Made by a program: the position numbers and the translations under genes. The notes under the pieces were generated by a model. It was not told the DNA's origin. It saw only the letters and a list, made by a program, of their open reading frames with translations, and made no database searches. From IMG/VR virus record IMGVR_UViG_2654587996_000006: 37,884 bases of DNA, one strand, 5' to 3'. The stretch is from a virus. Lineage: Duplodnaviria; Heunggongvirae; Uroviricota; Caudoviricetes. This document shows, in pieces, positions 20,079 to 28,357 of the stretch (position 1 is the stretch's first letter; every line of letters starts with the position of its first letter).

Positions 20079-21137
20079 TTACGCTCCGGCTTCTGCTGCA
20101 GCGGCGCTGAAATCGCCAATCTGGATGTTTTCCACCAGTGCGGCGCAGCGGTAGTCCTCAACCACATAGGCTTCGTTAACGGATTCAAAGTTTTCAATCC
20201 GGTCACGTTTCGGGTTGTCGATAACTGAACGGCGGCGGGTGTCTTCCTGCCAGTAGATGGACAGGTTATCCAGACGGGTGATCAGCAGCGCATTCGGCGG
20301 GAAGAACGGCGCACGCACGGCCTGCAGGCCACCCATGCGTTTCTGGCTGATGATCATATCGGCAGCCAGTTTTTCACTGTTTTCCTGCTCTTTGTTGACC
20401 AGCGGGAAATACTTGTCAGACAGCAGTTCACGACCGCAAATCACCACCAGATCGTCATCGTCCTGGTAGACCACGTCGATAAGCTCATTGACGGCATCCA
20501 TCACCACTGCGTCCAGGTTGGCATATTCGCCACCTTTACCGACTTTCACCGCACCCGGTGTGGTTTCACCGCCCGTGGTGGTGCTGCCCATGACGTGATC
20601 CGGTGCATCCTCACGGATTTTCTGCAGCCAGCCTTTGTTCACATCCTGCAGTAGCGGGTTTTCACTACGGTTGGAGGTTTTCGCACGCTTCACGCCGTTA
20701 AAGCCGATCATGATGCGGTCCAGTGCCTGACGTTTCACGATGGCGTCACGGATACGCACCTGGAAATCCTGAAACTTCGCCCACAGGTCCAGCTTCGCGT
20801 AGGTCAGCACCGTGTCAAAGTTGGTCTGCTCGCATTTATATTCCACATCGACCATCAGCGTCGGATCGACAGGTTCACGCTCTTTCGCGGTGGTGTCAGT
20901 GGTTCCGGCAATGGTGCTGCCAACACCCAGCCCCAGCAGCTGACCGGACTGCTCAGTCACTGGCGTGACGTTAATCAGCGTCAGGAAAGCGGCGGACTGC
21001 TGGATCTGGTCTTCCAGCGTCTGCTGTACAGACGGCTCCACGGTGAACTTGCTGGACAGTTCTTCAACTGCCACACCGTTCAGACGCGCCAGCTGCTGCA
21101 GGTAAGCGTTAAAAGCAAAGCGGGTATTCTTCTTCAT
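20079..21137 (-). CDS. N: major capsid protein N
   Basis: 352 aa; P2 gpN-like. Confidence 0.9.
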   Translation of the reverse strand: MKKNTRFAFNAYLQQLARLNGVAVEELSSKFTVEPSVQQTLEDQIQQSAAFLTLINVTPVTEQSGQLLGLGVGSTIAGTTDTTAKEREPVDPTLMVDVEYKCEQTNFDTVLTYAKLDLWAKFQDFQVRIRDAIVKRQALDRIMIGFNGVKRAKTSNRSENPLLQDVNKGWLQKIREDAPDHVMGSTTTGGETTPGAVKVGKGGEYANLDAVVMDAVNELIDVVYQDDDDLVVICGRELLSDKYFPLVNKEQENSEKLAADMIISQKRMGGLQAVRAPFFPPNALLITRLDNLSIYWQEDTRRRSVIDNPKRDRIENFESVNEAYVVEDYRCAALVENIQIGDFSAAAAEAGA

Positions 21138-21153
21138 CAGGTTTTGTGCTCCA

Positions 21154-21987
21154 TCAGCAATTGGTCAGAGTGTCAGCGGGGGCGTTACCGCCTGTTGCAC
21201 GCTGGCGGTAGTCCTGGCGGCTGTCTTCATGGCTCAGCTTGTCCACCAGTTCGTTAAAGGCGGTCTGCTGTGCCTGCAGGGCAGTCTCCAGCTCAGACAG
21301 GCGTTCTTCCTGCTCAGACAGGGATTTTTCGGTGCGCGCACTCAGGTTCTGCTGCTCAGTGGCGACCAGTTCCACGGCCTTATGCACATCAGAGAACCGG
21401 GCGTCATCGGACTGCTCTTTTTTGGTGAACAGCGCCGTGACACGGGCAAACAGGGACGGTTTGTCATCCTGGATTTCTTCCAGTTCGATCACCGTTTCCT
21501 CTGCAGCGGTAAAAAGATTGGCGGGATTCTGCTTGCGGTTTGCCAGCGGGTTATGGGCTGCACTGGCGCTGAATGTCAGCATTTCAGTGCCCAGACTGGC
21601 AGGGTCATCAGTGGCAGCCAGGCCGACCAGGTAGGCTTTGCCCGTATCAGCAAACTTCGGGCTGACTTCCATAGAGGTGAATAATTTCTGGCCTTTTTTC
21701 ACCAGTTCCACCAGGGACTCCGTTGGCTCAACGTCGGCATACAGCGCCATCTTGCCTGCCAGCGGACCTTCCGTGATTTCTTCAGCAAACAGCGCAGTCA
21801 CCTTGCCGTAGCGGTTAAAGGTGCTGTCCGGCAGATAAGACTTGATGTGCTCAAGGTTAATCAGCGCGGTATACACCGCCGGGTTGTAGCTGGCTGCCAT
21901 CTGTTCCAGCCATTCACGCTGGATTTCGCGTCCGTCGGTGGTGGCACCTTCCACCCCGATGCGAAAACGCTTTGCTTTCACTGTCAT
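21154..21987 (-). CDS. O: capsid scaffolding protein O
   Basis: 277 aa with an acidic coiled-coil C-terminal half; first gene of the O operon, divergent from P. Confidence 0.85.
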   Translation of the reverse strand: MTVKAKRFRIGVEGATTDGREIQREWLEQMAASYNPAVYTALINLEHIKSYLPDSTFNRYGKVTALFAEEITEGPLAGKMALYADVEPTESLVELVKKGQKLFTSMEVSPKFADTGKAYLVGLAATDDPASLGTEMLTFSASAAHNPLANRKQNPANLFTAAEETVIELEEIQDDKPSLFARVTALFTKKEQSDDARFSDVHKAVELVATEQQNLSARTEKSLSEQEERLSELETALQAQQTAFNELVDKLSHEDSRQDYRQRATGGNAPADTLTNC

Positions 21988-22065
21988 GAGCCGTGCTCCG
22001 TTAGAAAAAACTTACTGGAGCCTTATGGTTGCGGTGATGGGGGCAGTGAAACAATGCGCGGTATT

Positions 22066-22083
22066 TGTACCAACAACCACACA
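22066..22083. promoter_or_regulatory. Ogr-type late-promoter dyad in the divergent O/P control region
   Basis: TTTGTACCaacaaccaCACACAAAC within the 142-bp O-P intergenic region. Confidence 0.6.
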
Positions 22084-22129
22084 AACCGCAGGCGGGGAAA
22101 GCCTTCATTCAAGGCTGTAGGTTTGTGCC

Positions 22130-23896
22130 ATGAACACCACACTGACACCCGCAGATCTCGATCCCCGTCGGCAGGCCATGCTGCTGTACTTTCAGGGATA
22201 CCGCGTCGCCCGCATTGCTGAAATGCTGGGCGAGAAAGTTGCAACCGTTCACAGCTGGAAAAAACGCGACAAGTGGGGTGACTATGGGCCGCTGGATCAG
22301 ATGCAGCTCACCACCGCCGCACGCTACTGCCAGCTCATTATGAAGGAGCACAAAGAAGGGAAAGATTTCAAAGAAATTGACCTGCTGGCACGCCAGTCTG
22401 AGCGCCACGCGCGGATCGGCAAGTTTAACAATGGCGGCAACGAAGCCGACTTAAACCCTAACGTTGCCAACCGCAACAAAGGCCCACGTCGTCAGCCGGA
22501 AAAGAATGTTTTCACCGATGAACAGATTGAGAAACTGGAAGAAATCTTCCATTCCTCTATGTTCAACTACCAGCGCCACTGGTGGGAAGCCGGAAAAACC
22601 AACCGCATCCGCAACCTGCTGAAGTCACGCCAGATCGGCGCGACCTTTTACTTTGCCCGTGAAGCCCTGATTGACGCCCTGCTGACCGGGCGTAACCAGA
22701 TTTTCCTTTCTGCCAGCAAGGCTCAGGCCCACGTCTTTAAACAGTACATCATCGACTTTGCCAAAGAAGTGGAGGTGGAGCTGAAAGGCGATCCGATGGT
22801 GCTTCCTAACGGGGCCACGCTTTACTTCCTCGGCACCAATGCCCGCACGGCCCAGAGTTACCACGGCAACCTGTATCTGGATGAATATTTCTGGATACCG
22901 AAATTCCAGGAGCTGCGCAAAGTGGCTTCCGGTATGGCTATTCACAAAAAATGGCGACAAACCTATTTTTCCACGCCATCCAGTCTGACACACAGTGCTT
23001 ATCCGTTCTGGTCCGGTGCGCTGTTCAACCGTGGGCGCAACAAAGCCGATAAGGTGGACATCGACCTGTCCCACAGCAATCTGGCCCCCGGCCTGCTGTG
23101 CGCAGACGGGCAATACCGCCAGATAGTCACCGTGGAAGATGCGGTGCGCGGCGGCTGTAACCTGTTCGACCTCGACCAGCTACGCATGGAGTACAGCCCA
23201 GACGAATACCAGAACCTGCTGATGTGCGAGTTTGTGGACGATCTCGCGTCCGTGTTTCCGCTCAGCGAGCTGCAGGCGTGCATGGTGGACAGTTGGGAAG
23301 TCTGGACCGACTTTCATGCACTGGCGCTGCGCCCGTTTGGCTGGCGCGAAGTGTGGATCGGTTATGACCCGGCAAAAGGTACGCAAAACGGCGACAGCGC
23401 TGGATGCGTGGTGGTGGCACCGCCAGCCGTGCCGGGTGGTAAGTTCCGCATTCTTGAGCGTCACCAGTGGCGCGGGATGGACTTCCGCGCCCAGGCTGAC
23501 GCCATCAAAAAACTTACCGAACAGTACAACGTGACTTATATCGGTATCGACTCAACCGGCGTTGGTCACGGGGTTTACGAGAACGTGAAAGCGTTCTTTC
23601 CTGCCGTCCGGGAGTTTGTCTACAACCCCAACGTTAAAAACGCCCTGGTACTCAAGGCCTACGACATTATCAGCCACCGCCGTCTGGAGTTTGACGCCGG
23701 GCACACCGACATTGCGCAGTCATTCATGGCAATCCGTCGCGCAACCACCGCCAGTGGCAACCGCCCAACCTATGAAGCCAGCCGCAGCGAAGAAGCCAGC
23801 CACGCCGATCTGGCCTGGGCAACAATGCACGCACTGTTTAACGAACCACTGCAGGGCGAGTCCGCCAATACCAGTAATATTGTGGAGATTTTTTGA
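22130..23896 (+). CDS. P: terminase ATPase (large) subunit P
   Basis: 588 aa; P2 gpP-like; divergent from O. Confidence 0.9.
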   Translation: MNTTLTPADLDPRRQAMLLYFQGYRVARIAEMLGEKVATVHSWKKRDKWGDYGPLDQMQLTTAARYCQLIMKEHKEGKDFKEIDLLARQSERHARIGKFNNGGNEADLNPNVANRNKGPRRQPEKNVFTDEQIEKLEEIFHSSMFNYQRHWWEAGKTNRIRNLLKSRQIGATFYFAREALIDALLTGRNQIFLSASKAQAHVFKQYIIDFAKEVEVELKGDPMVLPNGATLYFLGTNARTAQSYHGNLYLDEYFWIPKFQELRKVASGMAIHKKWRQTYFSTPSSLTHSAYPFWSGALFNRGRNKADKVDIDLSHSNLAPGLLCADGQYRQIVTVEDAVRGGCNLFDLDQLRMEYSPDEYQNLLMCEFVDDLASVFPLSELQACMVDSWEVWTDFHALALRPFGWREVWIGYDPAKGTQNGDSAGCVVVAPPAVPGGKFRILERHQWRGMDFRAQADAIKKLTEQYNVTYIGIDSTGVGHGVYENVKAFFPAVREFVYNPNVKNALVLKAYDIISHRRLEFDAGHTDIAQSFMAIRRATTASGNRPTYEASRSEEASHADLAWATMHALFNEPLQGESANTSNIVEIF

Positions 23897-24924
23897 TGGG
23901 AAAGAGTAAGAAGAACCGCGCTGCGTCGACGAACCAGATCCAGCATAAAAGTCAAACTACAGCCGAAGCATTCAGCTTCGGTGATCCCGTTCCTGTTCTG
24001 GACCGCCGCGAACTACTGGACTATGTGGAATGCGTACAGACAGATCGCTGGTATGAGCCGCCAGTAAGCTTTGACGGACTGGCGCGCACCTTCCGCGCCG
24101 CCGTGCATCACAGTTCACCAATTGCGGTGAAATGCAACATTCTGACCAGTACCTACATCCCCCACCCGCTGCTCAGCCAGCAGGCTTTTTCACGTTTTGT
24201 GCAGGACTATCTGGTATTTGGTAACGCCTACCTGGAGAAACGCACGAACCGCTTCGGTGAAGTTATCGCCCTTGAGCCTGCTCTGGCAAAATACACCCGA
24301 CGCGGGTTAGACCTGGATACCTACTGGTTTGTGCAATACGGCATGACTACGCAGCCGTATCAGTTCACGAAAGGCAGCATCTTTCATCTGATGGAACCGG
24401 ATATCAACCAGGAGATCTACGGCCTGCCCGGTTATCTTTCTGCCATTCCGTCAGCCCTGCTCAACGAGTCCGCCACGTTGTTCCGCCGTAAGTATTACAT
24501 TAACGGCAGCCATGCAGGCTTCATCATGTACATGACCGATGCCGCGCAGAATCAGGAGGATGTGAACAACCTCCGCAACGCGATGAAAAGCGCCAAAGGT
24601 CCAGGCAACTTCCGCAACCTGTTTATGTACTCACCTAACGGCAAAAAAGACGGGCTTCAGATCATCCCATTGTCAGAAGTCGCGGCGAAGGATGAATTTC
24701 TGAATATCAAAAATGTCAGCCGCGATGACATGATGGCTGCGCACCGCGTACCGCCGCAAATGATGGGGCTTATGCCAAGTAATGTTGGGGGATTTGGGGA
24801 TGTGGAAAAAGCGAGTTTAGTGTTTGTTCGCAATGAGTTAATCCCCCTTCAAAAAAGATTTGAGGAGCTGAATGAATGGATAGAAGAAACAGTAATTAAG
24901 TTTAATGAATATAAATTAAATTGA
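23893..24924 (+). CDS. Q: portal protein Q
   Basis: 343 aa (P2 Q is about 344 aa); 4-nt overlap with P. Confidence 0.9.
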   Translation: MMGKSKKNRAASTNQIQHKSQTTAEAFSFGDPVPVLDRRELLDYVECVQTDRWYEPPVSFDGLARTFRAAVHHSSPIAVKCNILTSTYIPHPLLSQQAFSRFVQDYLVFGNAYLEKRTNRFGEVIALEPALAKYTRRGLDLDTYWFVQYGMTTQPYQFTKGSIFHLMEPDINQEIYGLPGYLSAIPSALLNESATLFRRKYYINGSHAGFIMYMTDAAQNQEDVNNLRNAMKSAKGPGNFRNLFMYSPNGKKDGLQIIPLSEVAAKDEFLNIKNVSRDDMMAAHRVPPQMMGLMPSNVGGFGDVEKASLVFVRNELIPLQKRFEELNEWIEETVIKFNEYKLN

Positions 24925-24930
24925 TTAATT

Positions 24931-24962
24931 CAGTAGTAGCAACTTTAAAGGCGCTACTACTG
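24931..24962. terminator. hairpin between convergent Q and the KAP NTPase gene
   Basis: cagtagtagc / gctactactg 10-bp stem in an AT-rich context. Confidence 0.4.
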
Positions 24963-24970
24963 AACAAACA

Positions 24971-26635
24971 CTATAAATTGAATTTATGCATTCTTAACTC
25001 ATTCAATTTACTCTCTCTAGAAATCTTCATTAAAGCAGCCTTAGCTTTTATAGAAACAGATCTCGTTTTCTCATTTACATTACCAATACGACTAAATTTG
25101 AGACAAGTAGCAACGTGGGATGTTAAATGATTCCCATGCAAACTTTTAAAATAATGATAATAATCATCTTCAGTAGCGCTACTTAATACTTCTATATCAT
25201 CATCATTCCAGCCATTTTTTCCACTGAGCGCATCCAACACCTCACCTAAAGTGCGCTTGGGTGAATCAGTTAGATACACACCTTTAAATTTCTCAATGAT
25301 TTCTGCATCTTTGATTGGTCTAAAAAGATAAAAATTATCCAGATCAAATAACTCTATTTCACTTCGTCTTTCTTGAATATAATACGTAATCATCTCAGAT
25401 GCCTTTGTATCTTCACCTAGTTCACGGAAGACCCCAACAAGGCTATCAAGATCATTAGGAGATACTTGAGTTACACAATCCATAAAGCACTTATAAAAAT
25501 GAGAAACAACTTCTTCTACATTATCATCAAAACTATTATGGAATAAATCCCATGCACTTCTAAATGAGTTTGACTTTTTATTTTCTAAAGCCTGTTTATT
25601 TATAATTTTTATTGCCTCATTAAACTCTGTCATATCTATATAACCATTCCTGACTAGCTTTGCTATTTTCCTATCCAGCTCATCAACCCTTGTAAAATTA
25701 TAGCTCAGTAAAATATCCTTCCATTTTTTTTCTTCTTCTGTTACATCCTTTTTGCCTATTGAGTAAATACTTTCCATAGATTCGAGGAAATCCAAAGAGG
25801 GAACATCCTTATCTGATTTAGAGCAATAATAGGCCCAATTCATTAATACAACCGTATGCAAAAATTGCATTTTAACTTCACTTTCGCACTCTTCAAAAGC
25901 TCGCCATGCATTTTCTACGTTTCGCTCTATTTTCTTTAAAACTCTAATATTTTTGATGCCTAACGAAATAGTATATTGTGCTAACGGCTTATGAAAATCC
26001 TTACTATTATCATATGCTATCTGTGCAGATTCACTGGGCGTAGGTGAAAAATGCAACTCAATGTCAATTACTTTTTCTTTAAACTTTTCATAATCAGCAA
26101 CTTCTTTAGTACCATCATTGAGTAAAAGTATAACCTTACATTTCTTTTGTTCTTTTAACAAAGAAATAAGACCTAATACATCTTTAAGTTCTAATGACGA
26201 TCCTTTACGCTCTAAATCATCTATGCAAATTAATGAATCTGACACAGACATAAATGACCATGCTTCTATTGCAGGAGCGGCAGACTTTATATACGGCAGC
26301 TCTTTCAATTTACTCCACGAACCTCGCCCCAATATTTCAAGCATACCTAATGTATTTTTTCTTAAACTATCTAAACTTGGCTCATGTCCTATGGAGTCTT
26401 TTGAAACTGCATTTTCAAAAATGGAATATTTTAATCTATCTAACGAAGATATACCGAAAAGAGAGACATAGGAATAATGCGAAGCAGAAATCATATTTTG
26501 ACACTTTGCTTCCAGAAGAAACTTATTCCAACTAAATGTCTTACCAACTCCCCACTCTCCTTTAATTGCCATAACCGAAGGGGCTGATTTAGAAACAAAG
26601 TTTAGAATTTGTTCTCGTACCAAGCTTAGCGACAT
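24971..26635 (-). CDS. KAP-family P-loop NTPase (cargo gene, candidate anti-phage factor)
   Basis: 554 aa; Walker A GEWGVGKTF matches the KAP signature GxWGxGKT; Walker B LICIDDLER; strong RBS AAGGAG; visibly AT-rich compared with the flanking phage genes. Confidence 0.8.
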   Translation of the reverse strand: MSLSLVREQILNFVSKSAPSVMAIKGEWGVGKTFSWNKFLLEAKCQNMISASHYSYVSLFGISSLDRLKYSIFENAVSKDSIGHEPSLDSLRKNTLGMLEILGRGSWSKLKELPYIKSAAPAIEAWSFMSVSDSLICIDDLERKGSSLELKDVLGLISLLKEQKKCKVILLLNDGTKEVADYEKFKEKVIDIELHFSPTPSESAQIAYDNSKDFHKPLAQYTISLGIKNIRVLKKIERNVENAWRAFEECESEVKMQFLHTVVLMNWAYYCSKSDKDVPSLDFLESMESIYSIGKKDVTEEEKKWKDILLSYNFTRVDELDRKIAKLVRNGYIDMTEFNEAIKIINKQALENKKSNSFRSAWDLFHNSFDDNVEEVVSHFYKCFMDCVTQVSPNDLDSLVGVFRELGEDTKASEMITYYIQERRSEIELFDLDNFYLFRPIKDAEIIEKFKGVYLTDSPKRTLGEVLDALSGKNGWNDDDIEVLSSATEDDYYHYFKSLHGNHLTSHVATCLKFSRIGNVNEKTRSVSIKAKAALMKISRESKLNELRMHKFNL

Positions 26636-26728
26636 AACTCACTCCTTGATTGCGAATGTTAATTATATATTTTACCAAAAATCTTAATCACCACCTATAG
26701 AAAGGTGAAAGATGGGTGCTGGCGCGCG

Positions 26729-26747
26729 CTCGTATCCCCGCCACGCC
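26729..26747 (-). other. candidate cos cohesive-end site
   Basis: Minus strand reads GGCGTGGCGGGGATACGAG; the first 13 nt match my recollection of the 186/P2 19-nt cohesive end (GGCGTGGCGGGGAAAGCAT); GC-rich island in an AT-rich region, in the expected place between Q and the replication genes. Confidence 0.4.
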
Positions 26748-26786
26748 TGCCCGCTTTGTGTAGTGGTTTTCATGCACCTGCATGAC

Positions 26787-26806
26787 ATAAGCAAAAGCCC
26801 GCCAGC
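26787..26806 (-). terminator. hairpin gcccgcca-gctc-tggcgggc with a short U-run on the minus strand
   Basis: 8-bp GC stem; minus-strand continuation is TTTTGCTTATG; lies between the HNH gene and the KAP gene. Confidence 0.4.
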
Positions 26807-26929
26807 TCTGGCGGGCATCAGCAAAAACGATCCTCAAACGATCATGCGATTTCATGCGGCATAGACATGCGTTGGCAAAAATGTACGAAATACTCAGCTT
26901 ACAGGAAATGGTCTTTTTCCAACCTCCAG

Positions 26930-27649
26930 TTAGCCAAAGCAGAAACCAATATTGCAATTTGAAACTCCACAGTTGTGAAATTGATGTGGACCGACTCTTA
27001 GCTTGTGTTCGTCTCCTACAATCCGAGTCCCCTTAACCAACATATCTAATCTTTCCACAATCAATCTTTCAGGCGCATCAACTTTAATAATTAAACGAGG
27101 ACCTTTCCTTTTTTCTATAATAGTTATTCTAGGACCAACAACCTGAACATCCCAATGCCTTGCACTACAAACCCACTCATTCTTAATTAATTCAAGATTA
27201 ACAATACCTTGACTATCGTAAAATTTACCCGAAATAAGAAAAGCATTATTTTCTTTTTCAATGGTTAACAATGGCTCATTTTGAAACATTATTGGTACAG
27301 TACAGGATTCAAATGTCGCACCACCAAATATTATTGTTGGATGCCTATCAGAAAAGTCCAATATATCGGCCACATTCCCTTTTTGTAAGGCTGCAGGAGA
27401 TTCCATTGCTTTAATTATTTTCTCTTTAGAGTAAAGACGTTTCGTTACTTTCGCATGGCACGTAGGACAAAGTAGTGCTATTGCATTTGGAGAGTGCTCC
27501 TTTGCATCAGCGTATGTGGGAATTACATGCTCATACTCAACAATGGGAGAAGCACAAACAACGCAACCAAAGCCACAGCGCTGCCTTACCTCCAGTTTTA
27601 CAGGTTCAGGAATTGTTCTAGATAACCCATGCTTGTTAATAGTTGTCAT
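26930..27649 (-). CDS. HNH endonuclease-motif protein (cargo gene)
   Basis: 239 aa; N-terminal CGFGCVVC ... EYEHVIP ... N ... CPTCH, the Cys4/His-Asn-His layout of HNH nucleases; AT-rich. Confidence 0.7.
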   Translation of the reverse strand: MTTINKHGLSRTIPEPVKLEVRQRCGFGCVVCASPIVEYEHVIPTYADAKEHSPNAIALLCPTCHAKVTKRLYSKEKIIKAMESPAALQKGNVADILDFSDRHPTIIFGGATFESCTVPIMFQNEPLLTIEKENNAFLISGKFYDSQGIVNLELIKNEWVCSARHWDVQVVGPRITIIEKRKGPRLIIKVDAPERLIVERLDMLVKGTRIVGDEHKLRVGPHQFHNCGVSNCNIGFCFG

Positions 27650-27771
27650 AACCTTACCTTAAAACTTCGAGAAACCTTTTATATATTGATACTATATCAA
27701 CTAACGCCTCGCACAGCTCGTTGTTCAACCTTGCTGACGCCAGAAGCAAGTTCAGACGCCAGCAACGTTTC

Positions 27772-28005
27772 TTAATGCAGCCAGCTGTCGTCTTCCCACA
27801 CCTTCTGCATAATTTTCATCACTTGTTTTCTTTCTTCGTCCAGTTGCAGTCCGGTCAGTTCCACACCGTTAGAGCTACCTTTACGGATACGAATTACCGT
27901 TTTGGGATACAAGGGGCGCAGATTGCGGTAAAGCTCGGATTCAAGGGCGTCCAGGGTAGACTGGCTAATCTTCTGCTCTTTATCGATCATTATTTCAATG
28001 CGCAT
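27772..28005 (-). CDS. DinI-like protein (Tum-type SOS antirepressor module?)
   Basis: ORF 27772-28077 trimmed to MRIEIMIDK (RBS AGGTGA); alignable with E. coli DinI (MRIEVTIAK...QETWE); downstream of a LexA box. Confidence 0.7.
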   Translation of the reverse strand: MRIEIMIDKEQKISQSTLDALESELYRNLRPLYPKTVIRIRKGSSNGVELTGLQLDEERKQVMKIMQKVWEDDSWLH

Positions 28006-28015
28006 AAAAGTCACC

Positions 28016-28204
28016 TCAACTGATGACATCCATTGAGCGGTTGTATTCGTGGGTTCTGATTTTTGCCATGAGTTCATCAGTCAATTCAGAAACCCACTGC
28101 AGAGCCAGCCCCTTCTCTTCATCACTACACTCACTAGCCGCGACAAGCTTAAGAAAAAAATCAATGCGCTGGAGCTTCAAAGACTCCAAAAAATAGTCCT
28201 GCAT
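28016..28204 (-). CDS. small protein (62 aa) co-transcribed with the DinI-like gene
   Basis: ORF 28016-28306 trimmed to MQDYFLESLK, which has the RBS GGAGGA; the LexA box lies about 40 bp upstream. Confidence 0.55.
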   Translation of the reverse strand: MQDYFLESLKLQRIDFFLKLVAASECSDEEKGLALQWVSELTDELMAKIRTHEYNRSMDVIS

Positions 28205-28245
28205 TTTTCCTCCTATGACACCACACACAATACTGTATGTATAAC

Positions 28246-28265
28246 CACTGTTTATATTTACAGTA
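28246..28265 (-). promoter_or_regulatory. LexA box (SOS operator) with promoter
   Basis: caCTGTttatatttACAGta, a perfect CTGT-N8-ACAG with an AT-rich spacer; on the minus strand it is preceded by TTTACA and TATACT promoter-like hexamers. Confidence 0.75.
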
Positions 28266-28357
28266 TATAATAATCTTACTGATGTAAAACGTTTTTTTAC
28301 GTTCATCAGCCTGATATGCCTGGTATTATTAAGAGCACGAATTGTTAACCCGCGTAA

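Noticed and set aside
22122-22139. Second TGT-N12-ACA match (TGTgccatgaacaccACA) in the O/P region
   Set aside because: Overlaps the P start codon and lacks the extended TTGTA...ACAAA flanks shared by the other three dyads; the bare core is expected by chance several times in a window of this size.
26688-26957. 89-aa minus-strand ORF spanning the candidate cos region
   Set aside because: Runs through the GC-rich candidate cos sequence and the hairpin, overlaps the HNH gene 3' end, and has no RBS; more likely non-coding.
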